The position numbers were made by a program, and so were the translations under genes. From NCBI GenBank assembly GCA_021498095.1, contig JAIZWK010000001.1:4110001-4142000 (forward strand): 32,000 bases of DNA, given 5' to 3'. The stretch is from Candidatus Harpocratesius repetitus (GTDB taxonomy: Archaea; Asgardarchaeota; Lokiarchaeia; Sigyniarchaeales; Promethearchaeaceae). Under the pieces are notes generated by a model that was not told the origin of the DNA, did not search any database, and was given only the letters and a program-made list of their open reading frames with translations. Below are positions 1 to 7,574 of this stretch, in pieces; positions within the stretch are counted from its first letter, which is position 1, and each line of letters opens with the position of its first letter.

Positions 1-1509
1 TAGGAAATTTCCAGTTTGAACAGTATTGTTATTTTCAGCAATAATATAGAATTCGACTGTCGTGCCATTTGAAAAAGGTCCTAAACTACCTTTGAAAATA
101 GCATTATCAGATGAGGCAGAGTCATAAGCCATAGGAGATAAATTCCAAACTCCAGTATCATTAAGAGTATAGTTGATATTAACTTCTGTCATTACATCGA
201 AGGTTACTTTATCAGTTCCATTCCATAATTGTTCAATTTGAACTTCAACTTCAAAAGCTTCATCTGGATCTTTAAATCCACCAGCAGGAGTCACTGCACC
301 AATAAAACCTAAGTCAATTGGTGGCATTGGAGAAATACCATTCTCAAATGAATAATACTCTTCGGCAGCAGTTGCATTTACATCACCTGCATAGATAAAC
401 CAGTAAAATTTGTCACCCACTGAATATCCATCTTCTACTAATAAGGGGATAGTGTATCGATAAATTTCATTAGCACCAGCCATATCGCCTGTCTCGTGAT
501 GCATCATTACTTCATAGGTACTATTTGAATCTGAAGTTGAGTTATAATATGTAATATGCAAAATTGGCCATTGAGAATTATTCATAAATTCAGAATGACT
601 ATCACTATACCACATTTCATAATAGAATTCCATGTCTAATCCTAAGGTTACATTTCCATCTTTATCGTTAACCTTTGCGCTTGTATAAGAACCATCGCCA
701 TTTTCTCCAGACCATCCAATTGAATATGGAATTAATTGAGGATCACCATCAGCATCAGCAATTTTTACTGCTACATAGGTATGATATTCATCATTTTCAA
801 CACCACCATATTGATTAGGAATAACATCTCCAGGATTTCCACCAATCATAGCAGCGAAGAAACGCAATTCGGCATCCGCAGGAATACCTGCAGGATAAAG
901 AAGATCATATGGAATAAAAGCTTCAAATGTCATAGGAATACCATAACTCCAAGTTCCATCAAAAGCAGTTTCATTAACTGCAGATGTAATAAAACCTGTT
1001 GTAAGATTTGCATAATTCCCAATTTCATCTGTAAAGTTTAAAAGACTCCAAGGACTTGCCCAGTTTCCTTGATCTGATAAAAGAACCAAATTTGGCACAA
1101 ATCCATCACTTGTGAACTTTAAGGATTTTTCATATCCGTAAGTAGGAACAGTACTATAATCAGTTATTCCAGTATTTCCTGCGTCTGTATCAATAAATAC
1201 GTTAAATTGATTAGCAGGACCAGCAAGAGTAATTTTCAATCCCACAAATATTCCGGTATCGTTTAAAGCAAAATACAACCCATCAAGACCCCAATCAGCA
1301 TTCCAAGATGATTGATCAGGATCCAACCTTACTGTATAATTACCATCAGTCCAATCGCTCCCAATAACACCATCAATAATAATATTATTGTGACTGGAAG
1401 TATCTACAACTGCAGATGCACCAGCTAAAAAGGGAGAAAACGACATGGCAACTAACAGGGTCATAAGCAAAACACCAGTTGATTTTTTCGTCATGATAGT
1501 TGTCACCAT
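1..1509 (-). CDS. Secreted/surface glycoprotein with an N-terminal DOMON/CBM9-like carbohydrate-binding domain; 3' end runs off the window
   Basis: Manual translation gives an open frame of 503 codons from ATG 1509 (alternative ATG 1494) to position 1. It begins MVTTIMTKKSTGVLLMTLLVAMSFSPFLAGASA (signal-peptide-like), then IIIDGVIGSDW...GLDGLYFALNDTGIFVGL...FNVFIDTD...FEAFIPYDLL. About 16 N-x-S/T sequons. Absent from the ORF track because it has no stop in the window. Confidence 0.85.
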   Translation of the reverse strand, partial: MVTTIMTKKSTGVLLMTLLVAMSFSPFLAGASAVVDTSSHNNIIIDGVIGSDWTDGNYTVRLDPDQSSWNADWGLDGLYFALNDTGIFVGLKITLAGPANQFNVFIDTDAGNTGITDYSTVPTYGYEKSLKFTSDGFVPNLVLLSDQGNWASPWSLLNFTDEIGNYANLTTGFITSAVNETAFDGTWSYGIPMTFEAFIPYDLLYPAGIPADAELRFFAAMIGGNPGDVIPNQYGGVENDEYHTYVAVKIADADGDPQLIPYSIGWSGENGDGSYTSAKVNDKDGNVTLGLDMEFYYEMWYSDSHSEFMNNSQWPILHITYYNSTSDSNSTYEVMMHHETGDMAGANEIYRYTIPLLVEDGYSVGDKFYWFIYAGDVNATAAEEYYSFENGISPMPPIDLGFIGAVTPAGGFKDPDEAFEVEVQIEQLWNGTDKVTFDVMTEVNINYTLNDTGVWNLSPMAYDSASSDNAIFKGSLGPFSNGTTVEFYIIAENNNTVQTGNFL

Positions 1510-1829
1510 TGATTTACATTATTTTTCAATTCTATTGATAGAAATAGAAAAAGGTATAAATCTGGTTAAAAAAAAAATTGACATTTATTATTAATATGAA
1601 ATCCTATTTAAAGATCCCACAAAAATGGGAAAAGTCCAAGCTAGGAAATGCTTATAAAAAATGCGTAAAAATCGCTTGTGTAATTGTTTCGCAGAGGACA
1701 TTGAGCTTATAAAAAATCATAGATCTACAAATTCTGCGGATTTTTATTCGATTGAAGTTTCTAAATAGACGATCTTCAAAAGAAAATAAATAAAATTTTA
1801 TCGGCTTTTGAGTGCCTAAGAAAATATAA

Positions 1830-1987
1830 TGTTAAACATTAAAATAGATTTTGGTTTCAAGATTTTTATTTTAATACAATTTTTTGTTTAACATTCAACT
1901 TGATTAAATATCAGTTTATCAAAATTATGAAGCGAATTAATAAAAAAGTGAAAAAAATGAGATTTAAAGCATTTTTTGTGTTAAACA
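1830..1987. promoter_or_regulatory. Three copies of the palindrome TGTTWAACA in the divergent intergenic region; candidate operator array
   Basis: TGTTAAACA at 1830-1838 (extends to AATGTT-A-AACATT), TGTTTAACA at 1885-1893, TGTTAAACA at 1979-1987. Confidence 0.5.
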
Positions 1988-2055
1988 GAATTTAAATTGA
2001 TCACGTAAATTATTTAGCATTTAATCAAACAATTTTAACTGGAGGGAGAAATCTT

Positions 2056-2691
2056 TTGGAAGCTTTTTTAGAAATTTCAATAATATCTAAATCTGACAAA
2101 CAACAGTCAGATCTTAAAATATTGAATATAGTTAAAGAGAACATCTGCAATTATGCTCCCTATCCACCAAAAAGGGCAAAAATTACCAAAATTCCATCTG
2201 TTTATCTAGAATTTGATTCGAAAAATGCATTTGAAGCTTTGTACGAAAAAGATTATCTTATTTACTCGTATTTATATGAGAATATATTGAAATCTAATTT
2301 AATTTTAAACCATAATTCATTAAAAAATAAAGATTTAACATCTAATCAAGTAAATCGAGCAGATTTTAGTCATGAATCGTCTTTAAAACAGGAATATTCA
2401 GATAATTATATTGTATTTAGATATAAAACTAATTATAAAGAACCTCTAAAAAGGAATTATGACCTAATTTATAAAGTAAACGAGATTTTAGGTTTGAATA
2501 TTGTCAATGAAGAGATTCATGATGGATTTATTCGATTCATTCAGACAGAAAAAGATTTTAAAGCGTTATTATCTGGAAACGATGATCTTTCGCGATGGAT
2601 GTCATTTTTAAAGACTCTAAATTTAAATTTAGAACATCCAACAGTAAAAAAATTCCTACAAATAATAGAACACACACTAAATGGATTGTAA
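2056..2691 (+). CDS. Hypothetical protein, possibly two tandem alpha/beta repeats
   Basis: 211-aa ORF with TTG start and GGAGG at 2041-2045 upstream. No family motif recognised. Confidence 0.7.
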   Translation: MEAFLEISIISKSDKQQSDLKILNIVKENICNYAPYPPKRAKITKIPSVYLEFDSKNAFEALYEKDYLIYSYLYENILKSNLILNHNSLKNKDLTSNQVNRADFSHESSLKQEYSDNYIVFRYKTNYKEPLKRNYDLIYKVNEILGLNIVNEEIHDGFIRFIQTEKDFKALLSGNDDLSRWMSFLKTLNLNLEHPTVKKFLQIIEHTLNGL

Positions 2692-2729
2692 AAAATAAAG
2701 TACAATCTTAATACAACTTTAACATAAAT

Positions 2730-5141
2730 TTAAAGAAAAATTTCATCCCTTTTTCTTTTTCGCATTTCCGTCTGTTTTAAAATAATAATTATTCCGATAA
2801 ATGAAGCCATTCCTAAAGATAATTGTAAATAACCATTAATTGAAATCTTGTTTCCATTTAGAAAATCATCAGAACTAGAATCATCTAAGCCGTTATTTGT
2901 GCTAGTATTTGAATTATTGCTTATCTCTGGAATCGAAAGAATAATTGGTTCTGGTAATGATAACCATGTTTCAGCATCTCCATAATCATCTGTGGTAATA
3001 TCATTAGGTACCGAATCAGCGGCACCTGATTTTCCTTCTTGTGTAGAAAAAAGCATAATAGAAAGTTCATCACCTTCAGATAAATCAAGCTTTTCATAAG
3101 GTATTTTGAATGTTGCAAAGCGGTAAATCGATGAAGAACGAAAATCTTCTGATGGAATTAAATCCCATATACTTTTCCAATCCGTTGATTCACGATCATA
3201 TATATATAAGGTTGCTTTTTGAATCTCATTACTTGGTTCTTCATCTACATCTGTTGATGAATAGAGGATAAATTCTGGTAAAACAGAACCAGCAAAATTC
3301 AGTTGTTCATGATTTTTTAGTCCCCAATTTGTTCCACCATTTTTGGTGCTAATTGCAATTCCAAATTCCAAATCACCTCCAGAAGTCCAAGTATTTTCTC
3401 GATACGGAAAGCCGATATATAAATTTTCATGATCTTTCGATAAATATAAATAGGTTAAATCTTCCGCTCTCCCTTTTGTATCATCAAATGGATCAGAATA
3501 AACAGGAAATCCCCATTCTCCTGAAAGGAGTGGAATTTGAGCATCCCAATTAATTATTCCTTCTCCTATCTTCAATTCAGTATAAGGATCTAAATGATTG
3601 ACTGGTCGCGGTGCAAATACTAATTCTGATCGGAGATCTATAGGTGACAAGATACGGTAATCATTTGCAGGTATTTCAAAAGTTAATTGTCCAGAAGAAT
3701 CAACGTTGATTGGAGAATTATATGGATTAGTTAAATCATAGAGCACAGCATTTGACCACTGGGTAGAAATTGTGCGTATTTTATTCTCAATTGGATCATC
3801 GTTTAAAGCAATGATAAATCCTGTATTAGTCCCGGAGCTGCTCATACCCACATCCTCAGCAATGTATACATCTGAATCCGTCCATCGTGTTTGCATGATA
3901 CCTGAACTTAACTCATTTCTTATTCGAATTAAATTGGTGATATGGGAATGATACCAAAGATCAAAATAATCTTTCCAAAAAACAGATGGATATCCAGGAT
4001 GTGTTAAAATATATGCATACGCCAAATGACGGTTGTAGTCTACTCGACTGTATTCATCCCGTTCTGTATCATGATTCATCACGAAAGTAACCGCTTTATC
4101 AGGATTAATATCTATTAATTTATTAACATAATCAAGTTCCATCATGTTAAAATTTCCGTTTCCATCACACATCTCTTCCAATCGGTAAATCAAGGCAAAA
4201 TCAAATGCGCCAACAGAATTTTCAGTAGATTCTATGTAATTTTGAATCAGATTTTTATCCCCGTGCCAATATTCGGCAACTCCCCAACCACCAACATTTT
4301 TCATCCAATCTCGTACAAAGGTTGGATCAAAATTAATCACATTATCAAAACGCCATCCATCGAATCCAACATCGTTTGCCATCCATGAACCCCATTCAAT
4401 CAAACCATTATGAACATAAGGATTTGCATGGCATAGATCAGGAAAATTTGCGAAGACTCCTTCATCCGCGGTTTCATATTCACATGGATGAAAACAAGTA
4501 TAATTTCGTGGAAATCGACCACTGGCAATATTACTAAAATCTGTGTAAGAATAATCTCCCACATTTGGATTATATTCCAAATCACCGCCATTATTATGGT
4601 TAACTACGATATCTGCAACCATGGCGATGTTATTTCTGTGTGCATTGGCAATTAAATTCCGAAGTTCGGTTTCTGTGCCAAATCTAGTTCGAACATTTCC
4701 TTTTTGATTATAAGTTCCCAAATCATAATAATCATAGGGTTCATACCCCATTCCAGAAACTCCACTTGTTCCAGCAGCTTTATATGGAGCAGGTAACCAG
4801 ATAGAATCAATTCCAACTTGACTAAATTCAGGAATAAATTCATTAATTGTTTTCCACCAATTCCCTTCTGGACAAAGCCAATAAAAACCTTGAAGCATTA
4901 CTCCTTGTCCAATAGAAACTGAATTGTAAAAAGAAGTAGATGAGTAGGGATAGTTCTTATAACTAGAATTTGAATTAAAATTTGTTAAAGAAATAGGAAA
5001 GCTTATTTTATTATCCTTTATGATTAAAAGATTAATTACAGGCATAGATAAGATGTACATAATGATAAGAATAAATATGAAGTGTTTTTTTTTTCTTCTT
5101 GGTAAAAAAAATTTCTTTAATTTCTGGTTCTTTCGATGCAT
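2730..5141 (-). CDS. Extracellular membrane-anchored alpha-amylase (GH13, Thermococcales/GH13_7-like) with a C-terminal DOMON-like domain and TM anchor
   Basis: Motifs: GVMLQGFYW, MGYEPYDYYDLG, TRFGT, DIVVNH (region I), GFDGWRFD (nucleophile), AEYW (acid/base), FVMNHD (region IV), GYPSVFWKD. N-terminal basic then hydrophobic segment. C-terminal S/T/N linker, then INGY, a hydrophobic helix and RKRKR. Confidence 0.93.
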   Translation of the reverse strand: MHRKNQKLKKFFLPRRKKKHFIFILIIMYILSMPVINLLIIKDNKISFPISLTNFNSNSSYKNYPYSSTSFYNSVSIGQGVMLQGFYWLCPEGNWWKTINEFIPEFSQVGIDSIWLPAPYKAAGTSGVSGMGYEPYDYYDLGTYNQKGNVRTRFGTETELRNLIANAHRNNIAMVADIVVNHNNGGDLEYNPNVGDYSYTDFSNIASGRFPRNYTCFHPCEYETADEGVFANFPDLCHANPYVHNGLIEWGSWMANDVGFDGWRFDNVINFDPTFVRDWMKNVGGWGVAEYWHGDKNLIQNYIESTENSVGAFDFALIYRLEEMCDGNGNFNMMELDYVNKLIDINPDKAVTFVMNHDTERDEYSRVDYNRHLAYAYILTHPGYPSVFWKDYFDLWYHSHITNLIRIRNELSSGIMQTRWTDSDVYIAEDVGMSSSGTNTGFIIALNDDPIENKIRTISTQWSNAVLYDLTNPYNSPINVDSSGQLTFEIPANDYRILSPIDLRSELVFAPRPVNHLDPYTELKIGEGIINWDAQIPLLSGEWGFPVYSDPFDDTKGRAEDLTYLYLSKDHENLYIGFPYRENTWTSGGDLEFGIAISTKNGGTNWGLKNHEQLNFAGSVLPEFILYSSTDVDEEPSNEIQKATLYIYDRESTDWKSIWDLIPSEDFRSSSIYRFATFKIPYEKLDLSEGDELSIMLFSTQEGKSGAADSVPNDITTDDYGDAETWLSLPEPIILSIPEISNNSNTSTNNGLDDSSSDDFLNGNKISINGYLQLSLGMASFIGIIIILKQTEMRKRKRDEIFL

Positions 5142-5209
5142 ATCAGTATTATAGAGTTAAATCTTGAAATATTTTCGTACTAAATTCTAAATCTAAATTT
5201 TATTTTATT

Positions 5210-5929
5210 TTATTTATGTAAGTGATGTAATCCTTTACCAATCAAGAACATAATAATGTTCAAGATATTTTCTTCTGTATACCCTCGCTCTTGAAGAACA
5301 CGATTACGATTTCCTAATTCAGTAATAATACCATTAATTAATAATGCAAGTATTTCAACAAAATCATTTGATGAAATTTCTTGTTTTAAGATGGATGCAC
5401 TAATCTCTGATAAGGCTAATTCATTTTCATCAAATGCTTGTGCAATTGCATTACGAAATTCTTCCCAAGCTTGGAAATATTCCAACTCACTTTGACTTAC
5501 AGAATTTTTATCTTGAATCAATTTTTGTTTTATTATCAAATATCGATTTTGTTTTCCATATAAGTTAAGAATTTGAAAAATCCCATGATTAGTTGATGCA
5601 AAATGAAAGTATGCTATGCTTACTGCATTTAATCTATTTGCCACATCATCTTGATAATGAAGTTCGAGCTGTTCTTTCATAAAATTTGTTAACTTTCGAT
5701 AACTATATGCTGCAAATCCTGTAAGTAAGTCATCTTTAGAAGAAAAATAACGATAAAGTGTTGGTTTTGTTAATCCTGCTTCAGCAGCAATATCTTCTAA
5801 GTTTAACTTATCAAAAGAATTAAACTGATTCCTTTCACCTAGACGTTCGAGTGCTTCCAAAATATCCCTTCTACGTCGTTTAAAATCAAGAATTTTTCGT
5901 TTTTCTTTCGGACTGAGAGTAGCATCCAT
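5210..5929 (-). CDS. TetR/AcrR family transcriptional regulator
   Basis: N-terminal HTH LNLEDIAAEAGLTKPTLYRYFSSKDDLL followed by a helical C-terminal domain. Confidence 0.92.
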   Translation of the reverse strand: MDATLSPKEKRKILDFKRRRRDILEALERLGERNQFNSFDKLNLEDIAAEAGLTKPTLYRYFSSKDDLLTGFAAYSYRKLTNFMKEQLELHYQDDVANRLNAVSIAYFHFASTNHGIFQILNLYGKQNRYLIIKQKLIQDKNSVSQSELEYFQAWEEFRNAIAQAFDENELALSEISASILKQEISSNDFVEILALLINGIITELGNRNRVLQERGYTEENILNIIMFLIGKGLHHLHK

Positions 5930-5955
5930 AAGGTGTTTTAGTATAATTACTACCC

Positions 5956-5972
5956 CGTAAAAAATTTTTACG
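5956..5972. promoter_or_regulatory. Perfect 17-bp palindrome; probable TetR operator
   Basis: CGTAAAAA-A-TTTTTACG lies in the 103-bp gap between the divergent TetR and aminotransferase starts. Confidence 0.65.
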
Positions 5973-6032
5973 TCTCATCAAAGTAAGTATAAATTTAAAT
6001 AACCATCTCACTTAATAAAAGAGTGATAAACA

Positions 6033-7490
6033 ATGGTTCCGGGCTTTGCAATTACAGAATATCCGAATACAGCGGAAATTTATGCAAAAATGAATCAATT
6101 GCTCCAACTTCCTTTGTACCGGGTCAAAACCGCTAATATGAAACAGTATTTGAATTTTTTTGAACAAAAATGTTCAAAATCAAAAGCAATAATTACTGAA
6201 GCAAAACAATATATACCAGGAGGAGTTCAACACAATCTTGCATTTAATTATCCCTTTCCACTAGTAATTAATAAAGCAGATGGGGCTTATTTGTACGATG
6301 TAGATGGAAATCAATATATAGATTTTTTACAAGCGGGAGGCCCAACTCTTTTAGGAAATAATTACGCACCCGTGCGCGAAAAAGTTATCAATGTTATTAA
6401 AGAATGTGCTCCTGTAACGGGGTTATTTCATGAATATGAATTAAAACTTGCAAAAGAAATCCATCATCATATGCCAACAATCGAAATGTTTCGGATGTTA
6501 GGTAGTGGTACAGAAGCAGATATGGCGGCAATTAGAATCGCCCGACTTGCGACAAAAAAAAAGAAAATTATAAAGATGGGTGGTGCATATCATGGTTGGA
6601 GTGATCAACTAATATATGGAATTCATTTACCCGGAACTAAACGATTTGAAGCTCATGGAATTCCAGCATCTTGTTCTCGACATACTCAAGAAGTATTTCC
6701 TAATGATATTCATGCTTTGGAGAGACAACTTCGATTGAACAGATTTCAAGGAGGAACCGCCGCGGTTCTGTTAGAACCAATTGGTCCTGAAAGTGGAACA
6801 CGACCAATTGATAAAGAATATCTTCATCGAGCGAGAGAATTGTGTGACAAATATGATGCATTATTAATTTTTGATGAAGTTGTTACTGCTTTTCGATTAG
6901 GTATGGGGGGTGCTCAAGGTTATTTTAATATTAAACCAGATCTCACCGTTTTTGGTAAAATAATTGCAGGAGGATATCCCGGTGCAGGCGGTGTTGGCGG
7001 ACAAGCAGAATTGATTAGCTTTTTAGCAGCAGGAGTAGAAAGCGGTAAAAAAAGAGCATATGTTGGAGGAACTCTTTCTGCTAATCCATTAAGTACAGCC
7101 GCAGGTTATTATTCTATAAAAGAAATTGAAAGAACCGATGCAGCAATTAAAGCCGGACAAGCTGGAGATAAATTAACTAAAGGTCTTCAAAAAATAATTG
7201 ATAATTATAGTCTTCCATTTGTTGCCTACAATCAAGGATCGATATGCCACTTAGAAACTGTAGGAGCGATGTTTCTCACTTTAAATTACCTTAAGATCTT
7301 TAAGATTTTAAAAGAAATTAAGGAACGTAAATTTGCAATGGAAGAATACGGTGCTGCTTATATGGCAGAAGGAATGATCACGCTAGCTGGAAGTAGGTTG
7401 TATACCAGTATGGCGGATACATCAAAAATAATAGATGAAGCTTTATCAAGATTCGAAAGAGTATTTCAAAATATTCAAATACCAGAATAG
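6033..7490 (+). CDS. PLP-dependent class III aminotransferase, HemL/GSA-aminomutase-like (true substrate uncertain)
   Basis: Motifs: IPGGV, GAYLYDVDGNQYID, SGTEA, GAYHGWSD, LIFDEVVTAFR, FGKIIAGGYP (PLP lysine), GGTLSANP. Confidence 0.85.
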   Translation: MVPGFAITEYPNTAEIYAKMNQLLQLPLYRVKTANMKQYLNFFEQKCSKSKAIITEAKQYIPGGVQHNLAFNYPFPLVINKADGAYLYDVDGNQYIDFLQAGGPTLLGNNYAPVREKVINVIKECAPVTGLFHEYELKLAKEIHHHMPTIEMFRMLGSGTEADMAAIRIARLATKKKKIIKMGGAYHGWSDQLIYGIHLPGTKRFEAHGIPASCSRHTQEVFPNDIHALERQLRLNRFQGGTAAVLLEPIGPESGTRPIDKEYLHRARELCDKYDALLIFDEVVTAFRLGMGGAQGYFNIKPDLTVFGKIIAGGYPGAGGVGGQAELISFLAAGVESGKKRAYVGGTLSANPLSTAAGYYSIKEIERTDAAIKAGQAGDKLTKGLQKIIDNYSLPFVAYNQGSICHLETVGAMFLTLNYLKIFKILKEIKERKFAMEEYGAAYMAEGMITLAGSRLYTSMADTSKIIDEALSRFERVFQNIQIPE

Positions 7491-7574
7491 AGGTGTATTC
7501 TTCCTATTCTTTAGGTAGAAAAGATAATATCTTCATATTATATTTATATTTTTCGCTTCTTTCTTCGATATTAT

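Noticed and set aside
736-1041. 101-aa plus-strand ORF in the track
   Set aside because: Antisense shadow of the real 1-1509 minus-strand CDS; no motifs.
1596-1712. 38-aa ORF (MKSYLKIPQKW...) and a TCCCA-N6-TGGGA mini-hairpin at 1615-1630
   Set aside because: Short, no RBS or motif, and a 5-bp stem is within chance expectation.
2921-4843. Four short ORFs nested in the amylase (2921-3118, 3353-3553, 4400-4591, 4652-4843)
   Set aside because: Alternative-frame or antisense ORFs of 63-66 aa inside a well-supported gene.
5085-5141. RR pair in the amylase leader as a Tat signal
   Set aside because: LPRRKKKHF does not match S/T-R-R-x-F-L-K; more likely a basic n-region.
6033-7490. Assigning the gene symbol hemL
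   Set aside because: The HemL signature is altered, there is an N-terminal extension, and no tetrapyrrole genes are in context.
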